Numbered from the stretch's first letter, positions 27,653 through 37,263 are shown. The stretch is 64,000 bases of DNA from an uncultured Collinsella sp. (GCA_958427145.1 CAUAAZ010000006.1:13935-77934); one strand, 5' to 3'. Made by a program: numbers and translations. The notes: generated by a model not told the origin, from the sequence alone.

Positions 27653-28852
27653 ATGGCTTCATCCCCGAGCTACATACCGTACCTATGCGTGGCAGCGGCG
27701 GCCTTTATCACGACCTTCCTCACGGTACCCCTGGTCAAGCGCCTGGCAATCAAGCTCGACGCCGTCGACTATCCTTCTAAGCGCCGCATCAACACCAAGC
27801 CCATCCCGCGTTTGGGCGGAACGGCGGTGTTTTTGGGCCTGGTCGTCGCCTGCACTGTGCAAATCCTAGGCACCTGGTACCTGGGTTGGCCGCCCGTTTT
27901 GGTGCCCCACCCCCGTCTGCACATCAGCTACCCCATACTTGCGCTTTCTTTTACCGTTATCTTTGCGACCGGCGCTATCGACGACGTCTTCCAGCTCACG
28001 CCCAAGCAAAAGCTGGCCGGACAGGTCCTCGCCGCGCTTATCGCCTGCATGGGCGGCCTGCGGATCGGCGTCATCGTCAACCCGTTTGCTCCCGGCGAGA
28101 TCATGCTCGGATGGCTCGCCTACCCCATTACCGTGATCTATCTGGTGGCATTCACCAACATCATTAACCTCATCGACGGCCTCGACGGCTTGGCCACGGG
28201 CATCTGCGGCATCGCATCGTTCACCATGTTTTCGATGGCTGTTCTCTCGGGCCGCATCGACGCCGCCGCGCTCTCCATTGCGCTCTTTGGCGCCTGTCTG
28301 GCCTTTTTGCGCTACAACTTCAACCCCGCAAGCATCTTCTTGGGCGACTCGGGGTCGTTGCTTCTGGGCTTTGCGCTGGGCTCCATCTCGCTGCTCAACG
28401 TGAGCCGCACCGCCGCACTCACCTCGCTTATCATCCCGCTCATCGTTGCCGGCGTGCCCATCATCGACACGTTTAGCGCCATTGTGCGCCGCAAGCGCGC
28501 CCACATTAGCATCGGGCAGGCCGACAAGGGCCACATCCACCACCGCCTGATCCAAGAAGGCTACAACCAAAAACAGGCCGTGCTGCTCATCTATGCCTGG
28601 TGCATCATGCTTTCGGCCGGCGCCGCCGCGATTAACCAGGTCGAGGTGCCCATGCGCGTGCTCATCTTTACCGTGCTCGCCATTGGCTCGGCGGCCTTCG
28701 CCAAGCATCTACATCTATTTGAGCCCGTGCTGCTCCACCATTACAACAAGCGCACGCACGAAGATGAGCTGGTCACCCCCGACGACCCCGCTTTTAAGCA
28801 GGAGGAGCAGGCAGCCGAGGAGCGCAAAGAAGAGCGCCACCACAAGCTCTAG
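27653..28852 (+). CDS. Glycosyltransferase family 4 polyprenyl-phosphate sugar-1-phosphate transferase (WecA/TagO/MraY-like)
   Basis: Start at MASSPSY. Multi-pass membrane protein with DDVFQL, NIINLIDGLDGLA and FLGDSGS motifs. Confidence 0.8.
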   Translation: MASSPSYIPYLCVAAAAFITTFLTVPLVKRLAIKLDAVDYPSKRRINTKPIPRLGGTAVFLGLVVACTVQILGTWYLGWPPVLVPHPRLHISYPILALSFTVIFATGAIDDVFQLTPKQKLAGQVLAALIACMGGLRIGVIVNPFAPGEIMLGWLAYPITVIYLVAFTNIINLIDGLDGLATGICGIASFTMFSMAVLSGRIDAAALSIALFGACLAFLRYNFNPASIFLGDSGSLLLGFALGSISLLNVSRTAALTSLIIPLIVAGVPIIDTFSAIVRRKRAHISIGQADKGHIHHRLIQEGYNQKQAVLLIYAWCIMLSAGAAAINQVEVPMRVLIFTVLAIGSAAFAKHLHLFEPVLLHHYNKRTHEDELVTPDDPAFKQEEQAAEERKEERHHKL

Positions 28853-29011
28853 GACAAGCTGCCGAGGATGTGCCAAGGCACCGTTGGCCAAGCGCGGCCA
28901 CGCCGCGCCCATCGCACAAGCCACCCCTCTCCCGCCCCTCGCCTACTTACGCCCCGCCCCTCCAATAAACGCGTTATCATCTTGACCCATGAACATACGT
29001 TAGGAGCAATC

Positions 29012-30061
29012 ATGCCAAACGAGAACAGCTACGAAGTCGCGTTGCAAAAGAGCAACGCCATTCGCGAGGGCCTGGCCAATACGCCCGAGAAGTTCACCAT
29101 GCTCACCGGTGATCGCCCCACCGGCCGTCTGCACCTGGGCCACTACTTCGGTACCCTCAAGGGCCGTGTTGAACTGCAGAACATGGGCGCCAAGACCAAT
29201 GTGCTCATCGCCGACTACCAGGTCATCACTGACCGCGACACGACCGAACACATCCAGGACAACGTGTATAACATGGTCATGGACTACCTTGCCTGCGGTA
29301 TCGATCCCGACAAGACCATGATCTACGCGCACTCCGCCGTGCCCGCCGCAAACCAGCTCATGCTGCCGTTCCTGTCGCTGGTGTCCGAGGCCGAGTTGGC
29401 GCGCAACCCCACGGTCAAGGCCGAGATGGAGGCCTCGGGCCACGAGCTCACCGGCCTTCTGCTCACCTACCCGGTGCATCAGGCCTGCGACATCCTGTTC
29501 TGCAAGGGCAACGTGGTACCCGTCGGTCGCGACCAGCTGCCGCACATCGAGCTCACCCGCACCATCGCCCGCCGCTTTAACAACCGCTACGGCAAGGTAT
29601 TTCCCGAGGTCGAAGCGCTGCTGTCCGAGACCCCGCTGCTGCCCGGCCTTGACGGTCGCAAGATGAGCAAGAGCTACGGCAACGCCATCAATATTTCGAT
29701 GACCGCCGAGGAAACGGCCAAGCGCATCAAGAAGAGCCAGACCGACTCCGAGCGCATGATCACGTTCGACCCCGAGAACCGCCCCGGTGTGTCCGGCCTG
29801 CTTTCGACGGCTGCAATCTGCACCGGTCGCTCCGAGGTCGAGATTGCCGAGGAGATTGGCATGGGCGGCTCCGGCCAGCTCAAGAAGTACGTGACCGAGG
29901 CCGTCAACGAGTACTTCGCACCTATCCGCGAGCGTCGCCAGCGCTACGAGAACGATCTGGACTATGTGAAGGACGTCCTGCATGAGGGCAACCGTCGCGC
30001 CAACGAGATCGCCGAGCAGACCCTGGCCGAGGTTCAGGACGCCATGGGTATGGTGTACTAG
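29012..30061 (+). CDS. trpS: Tryptophan--tRNA ligase
   Basis: Start at MPNENSY after TAGGAG. Motifs TGDRPTGRLHLGHYFG (HIGH-like) and KMSKS. Confidence 0.85.
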   Translation: MPNENSYEVALQKSNAIREGLANTPEKFTMLTGDRPTGRLHLGHYFGTLKGRVELQNMGAKTNVLIADYQVITDRDTTEHIQDNVYNMVMDYLACGIDPDKTMIYAHSAVPAANQLMLPFLSLVSEAELARNPTVKAEMEASGHELTGLLLTYPVHQACDILFCKGNVVPVGRDQLPHIELTRTIARRFNNRYGKVFPEVEALLSETPLLPGLDGRKMSKSYGNAINISMTAEETAKRIKKSQTDSERMITFDPENRPGVSGLLSTAAICTGRSEVEIAEEIGMGGSGQLKKYVTEAVNEYFAPIRERRQRYENDLDYVKDVLHEGNRRANEIAEQTLAEVQDAMGMVY

Positions 30062-30096
30062 GCCGATCTGCTGACTTGAGCTTTCGATTGCTATAG

Positions 30097-30124
30097 GGCG
30101 GGCGCTACGGCGTCCGCCTTTTTT
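30097..30124 (+). terminator. Intrinsic terminator of trpS
   Basis: GGCGGGCG-CTACGG-CGTCCGCC followed by TTTTTT. Confidence 0.7.
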
Positions 30125-30170
30125 GGAGCGGACCGCTTCGGCTCCGTCCATCGCACTCCCCCGACAAACA

Positions 30171-30212
30171 GGAACAGGCCCGCTGGCAGTTAGTTGCCAG
30201 CGGGCCTGTTCC
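30171..30212. other. Strong isolated 18-bp perfect hairpin
   Basis: GGAACAGGCCCGCTGGCA-GTTAGT-TGCCAGCGGGCCTGTTCC. No clear U-tract. Confidence 0.7.
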
Positions 30213-30388
30213 CGAAGTACACCGTTGAATCGCACAGAGGGGAGGAATGCGAATCAAACTCAACAGGGCAGGCTTTTTCATCGCCTATTGCCTGCTCCGT
30301 TGCTGAAACCAATATAGTTCACCGTGGTTTACTTTGCAGCATCAATATCCGCCGCCATAGCTTCTCCATAAGTTAGCCCAAGTAAACT

Positions 30389-30428
30389 AAACCACCACAA
30401 AGGGGGCAGGCACCTTTGTGGTGGTTTT
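30389..30428. repeat. Palindromic hairpin repeat copy 3
   Basis: AAACCACCACAAAGG-GGGCAGGCA-CCTTTGTGGTGGTTTT. Confidence 0.85.
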
Positions 30429-30443
30429 GGCCACGGCAGAGCG

Positions 30444-30764
30444 CTAGAGCCCTGCTGGCCAGCGACAGGCAAGCAAGTCGACGTGCATGTCGTCCTTAAA
30501 CGCCACACCCTCCCCTAGCAAAAGCTCACGTTGAGCATCGGGACCGCCAAAAGCAAAACCCTCGCATATGCGCCCGTCGGCAAACACCACGCGGTGACAG
30601 GGAATCTCGCCGGGGCGCGGATTGCTATGCAGGGCATACCCCACATACCGCGCACTTCGTGGTCGACCGGCAAGCAGCGCCACCTGACCATACGTGGCGA
30701 CCATCCCCTCGGGGATCTGCTCGACCACCTCGTACACCCGTTCAAAAAAGCCCTCAGACGCCAT
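30444..30764 (-). CDS. MGMT-family (methylated-DNA--protein-cysteine methyltransferase DNA-binding domain) protein
   Basis: Start at MASEGFF. Motifs ATYGQVA and PCHRVV (active-site Cys present). Short single-domain protein. Confidence 0.7.
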   Translation of the reverse strand: MASEGFFERVYEVVEQIPEGMVATYGQVALLAGRPRSARYVGYALHSNPRPGEIPCHRVVFADGRICEGFAFGGPDAQRELLLGEGVAFKDDMHVDLLACRWPAGL

Positions 30765-30793
30765 TGCTCGCTCCCTTCCACCCTGAAAAGCAT

Positions 30794-30832
30794 AAACCAC
30801 CGCAAAGGGGACAGGCACCTTTGTGGTGGTTT
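30794..30832. repeat. Palindromic hairpin repeat copy 4
   Basis: AAACCACCGCAAAGG-GGACAGGCA-CCTTTGTGGTGGTTT. Confidence 0.85.
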
Positions 30833-30844
30833 ATGGCAGGTCGG

Positions 30845-31699
30845 TTAGTTGGCGGGCTGGAAGAAGGCTACGGCTACGGCGCCAGGGCCTACGTGGGTAC
30901 CGATGGTGGCGCCGATGGTGTGAACGGGCAACTCGCCCTCGGTATGGCCAGCCCAAAGTGCCGCGCTGTCCTCGATATACTTCTTGAGCACCGCATCCGA
31001 AAGACCCGTATAGCCGAGCGCCAGCGGCATGGAAAAGTCGATGCCGCCCGCCTTTTCGACCTTTTGGTTCAGCAGGTTGCGGCCGTTCTTGGAACCGCGC
31101 GCCTTGCCCAGCTGCACGATCAGACCGTCCTCGACAGCCACCACAGGCTTTACGTTGAGCAGTGTGCCCACGGCGCCGGCCGCAGCAGACAGACGACCGC
31201 CGCGCACCAGGTACTCCAGCGTCTCGAGCAGGCCGATGACGACCACGCGGTCACGGACGGCCTCGACGGCCGCCGCGATCTGGGCCGCACTACGGCCCTC
31301 GTTCACCAGGCGCAGGGCATACTCGACCAGGACACGCTCGCCCAGAGTGACGTTATTGCTATCCACCACGTATACGTCGCCGCCCGGCGCCTCGGCAAGT
31401 GCGGTACGGGCACTCTGATTTGTACCCGAAAGCTTAGCGCCCACGGTAATAATCACGGCCTCGTCGCCGGCCTCACGCGCCTCGGCGATGGCCTGCGAAA
31501 ACGCGTACGGGTTGACCTGGCCGGTCTTGGGCAGCTCATCGCGCTCCACGAGCATCTCGTAAAAGCGCTGGTGATCGATGTCGATGCCATCCATGTACAC
31601 ATCGGTGCCAAAGGTGACGGACAGCGGCAAAACGGCCAGTACTGGGTGCTCGGCCGGCGACATATCGCTTGCGGAATCGGTAATAATGCGGACGGACAT
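30845..31699 (-). CDS. DegV family fatty-acid-binding protein
   Basis: Start at MSVRIITDSASD. Length and sequence are typical of DegV (PKTGQVNP, GTHVGPGAV). Confidence 0.8.
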   Translation of the reverse strand: MSVRIITDSASDMSPAEHPVLAVLPLSVTFGTDVYMDGIDIDHQRFYEMLVERDELPKTGQVNPYAFSQAIAEAREAGDEAVIITVGAKLSGTNQSARTALAEAPGGDVYVVDSNNVTLGERVLVEYALRLVNEGRSAAQIAAAVEAVRDRVVVIGLLETLEYLVRGGRLSAAAGAVGTLLNVKPVVAVEDGLIVQLGKARGSKNGRNLLNQKVEKAGGIDFSMPLALGYTGLSDAVLKKYIEDSAALWAGHTEGELPVHTIGATIGTHVGPGAVAVAFFQPAN

Positions 31700-31818
31700 A
31701 GCGAATCCTTTCTTGCGCAGGTCTCGCGCGGGGAATTTTGACAGCAAAGCCCCGGCACGGTATACGCGCTCAAACGGGACTATGCAGTTGTTAATGGGAA
31801 GCAAATACCTTGGCGGCC

Positions 31819-32268
31819 TTAGATCTCGCGCAAGGTATTGAGAATCGTGCGCAGCGACGCGTACATCTGCTCGCGCTGCTCCACGCCCATGGCCTTACCG
31901 GTGGTGTCGAGCACTTCGCGAATGATGCGATCGGCCTCGCTCATGCTCTCGCCGCCCAGGGCAGTCAGGCGCACCGGGGCACGGTACTTGACGGCCGCAT
32001 CACCCGAGTCATCGACCTCGACGTAGCCGCCCTCCTCCAGATGCGCGAGCGTACGCGAGACGGCAGCGCGGGTCACGCCTGCCATGCGAGCCAGGTCAGC
32101 GCCAGTCAGGCCGTCCTTGCTGCGCTCAAGATAGTAAAGGCACATAACGTCGGAGCCCTTGAGGCCCAGCCTTGCGCCCTCGGATGTCTTAATGCGCTGA
32201 ATCTCCTTGTAGAGCCCGCTGATCAGTCCGACAAAGTCCTCGAAACGTGTCTCGTCGTTCTGCTGCAT
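31819..32268 (-). CDS. MarR family transcriptional regulator
   Basis: 149 aa. Winged-HTH segment LTGADLARMAGVTRAAVSRTLAHLEEGGYV. Confidence 0.8.
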   Translation of the reverse strand: MQQNDETRFEDFVGLISGLYKEIQRIKTSEGARLGLKGSDVMCLYYLERSKDGLTGADLARMAGVTRAAVSRTLAHLEEGGYVEVDDSGDAAVKYRAPVRLTALGGESMSEADRIIREVLDTTGKAMGVEQREQMYASLRTILNTLREI

Positions 32269-32372
32269 GGGAGACGACCGCCTTTCGCTTGCATAATGCT
32301 AACGGGTAAACATCTTAACCGTACCCAGCGGCCGCCAGCCCTGCACGCCTCATTTGTTAACTCATCAACATA

Positions 32373-32413
32373 AAAACCACCACAAAGGGGACAGGCACCA
32401 TTGTGGTGGTTTT
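32373..32413. repeat. Palindromic hairpin repeat copy 5
   Basis: AAAACCACCACAAAGG-GGACAGGCA-CCATTGTGGTGGTTTT (one stem mismatch). Confidence 0.85.
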
Positions 32414-32441
32414 GACCGTCGAGTTTGATCCGCAGACTTCG

Positions 32442-33161
32442 CTACAGCTCCACGCAAGGATTGTCGCGGGTAACAAGCGTCTTAACGACAACCGTCGCTC
32501 CCAGATAGCGCTCAAGCAGCTCGGCTAAGCGATCGATCGCAGCCTGGCAATCCCCCATCCGCTCGGACTCCACGCACTCAATCGCCAGGAACGCATCGGC
32601 CGAATTATCGGACAGCGCCGTGCGAACGCCGTCGCGCCAGTTCCAGCAGCGGCACACAGCGCCCGCATCGTCGATGTAGGCGAGCTCGCCGGGCAGCGTC
32701 GGATCGTCCGCCTCCTCGCCAAGCGGCAAGAACGCATCGCCACCGTCGGTCACCTTCAAGCGAAGGTCTCCCTCGATCGCATGCAGATCCTCGCCTCCCA
32801 CGGGCAGCGCGTAGGTCAGCGACACCGTATTGTAAATATCCACCGCGGGCGTAATGTGGCCCACCGGCTTGCCTTTGAGCACGCGCTTGAGCAAGTTCTC
32901 GATCGAGCATCGGGCGCCTTTCTTGGTCTTGAACAGACGATAGGCTTCGCGCCATGCCTTGACCGGTGCGTTCTCGCTGATAGTGTCGCTGGTCAGATGG
33001 CGCTCCGCATCGATATTGGCGCGGTCGAGCAACGCCGCAATCGCATCCACGTCCTCTTGAGGAATCTGAGCCGTGGGCTTCATGCCCTCCACGACCACAA
33101 CACCGACCGCTGCCTGCGGAAACAGCTCCCAGAATGAATCCTCGGCAATAAAGCTCTTCAT
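32442..33161 (-). CDS. B3/B4 tRNA-binding-domain protein (PheT B3/4-like, standalone)
   Basis: Start at MKSFIAED. Overall similarity to B3/4-domain proteins (IENLLKRVLKG..., VDIYNTVSL). Confidence 0.6.
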   Translation of the reverse strand: MKSFIAEDSFWELFPQAAVGVVVVEGMKPTAQIPQEDVDAIAALLDRANIDAERHLTSDTISENAPVKAWREAYRLFKTKKGARCSIENLLKRVLKGKPVGHITPAVDIYNTVSLTYALPVGGEDLHAIEGDLRLKVTDGGDAFLPLGEEADDPTLPGELAYIDDAGAVCRCWNWRDGVRTALSDNSADAFLAIECVESERMGDCQAAIDRLAELLERYLGATVVVKTLVTRDNPCVEL

Positions 33162-33332
33162 ACGCTCTCCCTTCATAGCGTACGCCCGAGCGAGGGCGCC
33201 TAAACAAAAAGCGCCCTCACAGCGGCCACCTTCAAAGTCCTACGGTGCCGCCACAAGAGCGCTTACGCTGTCCCCATCCGGAGAAGGGGACGATATGTCA
33301 AGCGTATTGTAACCCGAGTCATCCACGCGAGC

Positions 33333-33370
33333 AAAACCACCATAAAGGCGCCTGTCCCCTTTGTGGTGGA
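33333..33370. repeat. Palindromic hairpin repeat copy 6 (loop in inverted orientation)
   Basis: AAAACCACCATAAAGG-CGCCTGTCC-CCTTTGTGGTGG. Confidence 0.8.
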
Positions 33371-33388
33371 TATGGACTCACGGCGAAG

Positions 33389-35059
33389 CTAGTGGCGAAG
33401 TCCCAGCAGCCCGCGGCCGCGATGACGAGCGTCGGCGTGTACTTGGGCGTGCGGGCCGGCGGCTTTGACGGACTCGGGCAGGTGCGAGTACTTCTTCTCG
33501 AAGTTCTCCTCGAACATCACCGCCAGGTTGTGCGCGGCCTCGTCATAGCGCGCGGTGCTCTGCCAGTATTGGCGCGGCACCAGGATGCCATCGGGCACGC
33601 CGTGGCACGTCGTGGGAATGTCGACGTTAAAGATGTCGTCGTGCAAGAACTCGCTGTCCTCGATGGTACCGTCGAGGGCGCGGGCCACCAGGGCGCGCGT
33701 GTAGGCAAGCTCGATGCGATGGCCCACACCATAACCGCCGCCAATCCAGCCGGTGTTGACCAGGTACACGCGCGTACGACCGTCGGCGATACGCTCGCCG
33801 AGCATCTTGGCATAGACCATGGGGTCGAGCGGCATAAACGGCTCGCCAAACAGCGAGGAGAACGTGGGCGTGGGCTCGGTGACGCCGACCTCGGTGCCGG
33901 GAATCTTAGCCGTAAAGCCCGTCACAAAGTGGTACATGGCGGCATCGGCCGTCAGACGTGAGATGGGTGGCAGCACGCCAAAAGCGTCGCAAGTCAGGAA
34001 CAGCACGACACTCGGAGTGGTGCCCATGCCCTTAGTCCACGCGTTAGGAATGTGCTCCACGGGATAGGCCACGCGCGTGTTGTGCGTGATCGAGATGTCG
34101 TCGTAGTTGGGCTTGCGGTTCTCGTCGAGCACCACGTTTTCGCAAATGGCGCCAAAACGGACGGCGTTGAAGATCTCGGGCTCGTGGAAGGCGTCCAGGC
34201 CCTCGCATTTTGCGTAGCAGCCACCCTCGATGTTGAAGATACCCATGTCGGACCAACCGTGCTCGTCGTCGCCGATCAGCAGGCGCGTGGGATTGGCCGA
34301 AAGCGTGGTCTTGCCGGTGCCGGACAGGCCAAAGAACACGGCGGTCTCGTGCGTGACGGGATCCATGCTGGCCGAGCAGTGCATGGGCAGCACGTCGTCC
34401 TCGACGGGCAGCAGATAGTTCATGACGCTAAAGATCGACTTTTTAATCTCGCCAGAGTAGCCGGTGCCGGCGACCAGAATCACGCGTTCCTGGAAGTTGA
34501 TGACCACCGCGGCGCTGGAGTTGAGGCCCTTGATGGCGGGGTCGCACTGGTAACCGGGCGCTGCGAGCACGCAGAAGTCGGGCTCGCCGGTGCGCGCGAT
34601 TTCGCGAGCGAGCGGGCGGGCGAGCATCTGCTTAATAAAAAGTGCCTGGCTGGCACGCTCGCAGGCAACGAGCAGTCGACGCGTGTGGTTGCGGTCGGCA
34701 CCTGCCATGCCGCGGGTGACGAACACGTCGCGCTCGTTGAGATAGTCGACGATGCCGGCCTTGATGGCCTCATAGCTCTCGACGGACAGCGGGCGGTTGA
34801 CCGCGCCCCAGGCAATCTTGTCGTGAACATCGGGGGTGTCAACGATAAAGCGGTCATTGGGGGAACGGCCGGTACGCTCCCCCGTCTCGATCACCAGCGC
34901 GCCGTTGGATGCCATGCGGCCTTCTTCGCGGCGGATAGCGTGCTCGACGAGCTCCGCGGCGGGCAGATCGACCAGCAGACGGGGTTGATTCTCGGCGGGA
35001 TCTTCGACCAGCGTAATACCAAAATTGGACAGAACTTCTGCAGGGGTAACACCAGGCAT
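33389..35059 (-). CDS. pckA: Phosphoenolpyruvate carboxykinase (ATP)
   Basis: Start at MPGVTPAE with an AAAGGAGG RBS. Kinase-1a motif FFGLSGTGKTTLS, plus IGDDEHGW. Confidence 0.9.
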   Translation of the reverse strand: MPGVTPAEVLSNFGITLVEDPAENQPRLLVDLPAAELVEHAIRREEGRMASNGALVIETGERTGRSPNDRFIVDTPDVHDKIAWGAVNRPLSVESYEAIKAGIVDYLNERDVFVTRGMAGADRNHTRRLLVACERASQALFIKQMLARPLAREIARTGEPDFCVLAAPGYQCDPAIKGLNSSAAVVINFQERVILVAGTGYSGEIKKSIFSVMNYLLPVEDDVLPMHCSASMDPVTHETAVFFGLSGTGKTTLSANPTRLLIGDDEHGWSDMGIFNIEGGCYAKCEGLDAFHEPEIFNAVRFGAICENVVLDENRKPNYDDISITHNTRVAYPVEHIPNAWTKGMGTTPSVVLFLTCDAFGVLPPISRLTADAAMYHFVTGFTAKIPGTEVGVTEPTPTFSSLFGEPFMPLDPMVYAKMLGERIADGRTRVYLVNTGWIGGGYGVGHRIELAYTRALVARALDGTIEDSEFLHDDIFNVDIPTTCHGVPDGILVPRQYWQSTARYDEAAHNLAVMFEENFEKKYSHLPESVKAAGPHAQVHADARHRGRGLLGLRH

Positions 35060-35200
35060 GGGGCCTCCTTTAAAAACGCGGCACGTGGACGCGGCGCGCA
35101 CTTTACTCACGTAAAGCCCGTTGTACCCGATATGCAAAAACGTTTTTGCGGCAAGGGCGGCAAGCCCGCCCAACGGTCAAAAATCGCAGGCAAGCGGCCC

Positions 35201-35340
35201 AGTCATTGGGGACGTTCTTAAACGACTAGTCATTGGGGACACTCTTGAACAGGCAACATTCAAGGAGTATCCCCGGATGCCGGCACTTAGGGACGTTCCC
35301 AAAGTGCCTGCACATAAGGAACGTCCCTAAGTGCCGACTA
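35201..35340. repeat. Degenerate tandem array of five ~27-bp units
   Basis: AGTCATTGGGGACGTTCTTAAACGACT, AGTCATTGGGGACACTCTTGAACAGGC, then three (T)AAGGA.GT.CCC..GTGCC.GCAC-type units. Related to 15878-15931 and 22511-22564. Confidence 0.7.
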
Positions 35341-35696
35341 CCGAATGGCGCCGCCGAAATTATCGAACAACCTGTTCAAAAACACGAGCGGACACCGCGG
35401 TGTCTATACTAGAGCGCAGCAATAGAAAGGACCCCGCTTTGAGCATCACGCCCCTCGATAGCATTCGCCGCGCCATCGCCCGCCGTAACGGCATCTCCAA
35501 CCCCGCTGCATCGAAAGACGGCGCCGCGAAGGCCCAGGGCGGTCGCATCGAGAACGGCCTCTTCCCCGCCTCGCACACTGCCGAGGAACTCGCACGCATC
35601 CAGGAGCTGAGTCATCGCAACGCCGGCGGCCCCGACAGCAGCCAGGCCACGCGCCGTCGCCGCGAGCGCGATCGCCAGCCCGGCCCCATCCACCGC

Positions 35697-37019
35697 ATGG
35701 TCAACGCTTGGTGGAACCGTCTGCTAGGCGCCGTCTACGGCGGCGGGTTCTCCACGCAAGAGGCTGAATACGAAGAGCACGCCACCCGCCGCGATTACCT
35801 TTGGAACACTCTCGGCACCGCCGTGTGGGGCTTGGCGTTTCCGCTGCTCACCATCGTGTCCACACAGCTCGTGGGCGCCGAAGAAGCAGGCAAATTCTCC
35901 ATCGCCTTCGTCACCGGCACGCTCATCATGATCGCATGCAACTACGGCGTGCGCAATTTCCAGGTCTCAGACATCGACGAAAAGACGTCCTTTGCCTCCT
36001 ACCAGCTCAACCGCTGGCTTTGCGGAGCGCTCGCCCTAGGCTGTGGCCTCATGTACAGCAGCGCCCGCGGCTATGACGCGCAGATGGCGACGATCGGCCT
36101 GGGCGTCTACCTGTATAAGGTGATCGACGGCGTGGCGGACGTGTACGAGGGCCGCCTGCAGCAGGCCGATAAATTCTACCTGGCCGGCATGAGCCAAACG
36201 CTACGCTCCGTCGGCGTCATCGTGGTCTTTAGCGTGGCGCTGTTCCTTACGCGTAACATGCCCATCGCGGCCATGGCCATGGGCATCGCCGCGATCGCCT
36301 CGCTCGTGCTGGTCACCGCGCCGCTCGCCCTGCTCGAGACCGAAAAATCGCGCCGCGTGAGCCTTCGCGAGGTCGGCCACCTGTTTGTCCAGTGCGCTCC
36401 ACTCTTTGGTGCACTGTTCTTGTTCAACCTCATCGAGAGCATGCCCAAGTTTGTGATGGAAGGCACGCTGGCATACAAATATCAGCTGTACTTTAATGCC
36501 CTGTTCTTTCCGGCGCAGGCTATTTTGCTGAGCATTGGATTTATCTATAAACCGCAGCTCCTGCGCTTGTCGAGCATTTGGGCTAATCCTCGCAAGCGTC
36601 GTCGCTTTGACCTGATTATTGTTGCCGTTATGGCGCTGATCGTGGTCATCACCGGCGCGTGCGCCGCATTTATGGCAGGTCCCGGTATTCCCCTCATGAG
36701 CTTTATGTACGGCCTCAGCTTTGAGCGCTACCGTACGCTGGCGCTGCTGATGGTCGTCGCCGGCGGCGTCACCGCGGCCATCGACTTTATCTACGCCATC
36801 ATCACGGTGCTGCGCCACGCTGGAGACGTCACCAAGATCTACCTGATCTGCTTCGCCGTAAGCGTGGTGCTGCCGGTGATCTTGATTAAGCTGCTGGGTC
36901 TGATGGGCGCTGTGGTGAGCCACCTAGCCATCATGGCCCTACTCCTGGTGCTACTGATTATCGAGTACGCCCACATCCGCCAACGCATCGAACGCGACCG
37001 CAACCCATACGGCGCCTAA
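35697..37019 (+). CDS. Multi-pass membrane protein, polysaccharide flippase-like (Wzx/MOP-like). Start uncertain.
   Basis: About 12 hydrophobic segments from MVNAWWN onward. The upstream in-frame 122 codons (35331-35696) overlap the repeat array and are Arg/Ala-rich, so they may not be coding. Confidence 0.5.
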   Translation: MVNAWWNRLLGAVYGGGFSTQEAEYEEHATRRDYLWNTLGTAVWGLAFPLLTIVSTQLVGAEEAGKFSIAFVTGTLIMIACNYGVRNFQVSDIDEKTSFASYQLNRWLCGALALGCGLMYSSARGYDAQMATIGLGVYLYKVIDGVADVYEGRLQQADKFYLAGMSQTLRSVGVIVVFSVALFLTRNMPIAAMAMGIAAIASLVLVTAPLALLETEKSRRVSLREVGHLFVQCAPLFGALFLFNLIESMPKFVMEGTLAYKYQLYFNALFFPAQAILLSIGFIYKPQLLRLSSIWANPRKRRRFDLIIVAVMALIVVITGACAAFMAGPGIPLMSFMYGLSFERYRTLALLMVVAGGVTAAIDFIYAIITVLRHAGDVTKIYLICFAVSVVLPVILIKLLGLMGAVVSHLAIMALLLVLLIIEYAHIRQRIERDRNPYGA

Positions 37020-37088
37020 TTAGCTGACCGGTCACCGGAATTTGCGATGGAATCACCCCGTCTGGGGTCTCGTTGCGGACACGCAAAA

Positions 37089-37211
37089 CTAAGTGAGTAG
37101 ACTTATACCGAATCCCGGACCACACCGACAGAGCACAAATCTTTGACCTGCGGTTTTATTGAGGCAAATATGTTGGGTGCTCGGCATTTCCAAAAAAGTC
37201 TACTCACTTAG
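37089..37211. repeat. ~123-bp element bounded by a perfect 16-bp inverted repeat
   Basis: CTAAGTGAGTAGACTT (37089-37104) and its reverse complement (37196-37211). Central ACCTGCGGTTTT (37146-37157) is the reverse complement of the motif in the 15970-16099 element. Confidence 0.7.
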
Positions 37212-37224
37212 CCGGCGGGCAGCC

Positions 37225-37263
37225 AAATGATTATTTAATCCCCGTCCCAGAGAAATCAATTAG
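37225..37263. repeat. Hairpin with conserved loop TAATCCCCGTCCCAG (copy 2, imperfect stem)
   Basis: AATGATTATT-TAATCCCCGTCCCAGA-GAAATCAATT. About 60 nt beyond the stop of the minus-strand phosphoesterase gene. Confidence 0.6.

Noticed and set aside
28853-29011. T-box or other leader upstream of trpS. The same was considered upstream of argS (18086-18427).
   Set aside because: The trpS leader is too short, and I found no T-box consensus (AGGGTGGTACCGCG-like) in either region. The argS/carD-like intergenic region looks like a plain AT-rich divergent promoter.
35201-35340. Possible CRISPR array (regular ~27-bp periodicity).
   Set aside because: The units are contiguous with no unique spacers, they are degenerate, and no cas genes or leader are present.
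35331-35696. A 122-codon N-terminal extension of the flippase-like gene starting at GTG 35331.
   Set aside because: That start lies inside the 27-bp repeat array, and the extension is Arg/Ala-rich with no hydrophobic segment. The start was placed at ATG 35697 and flagged as uncertain.
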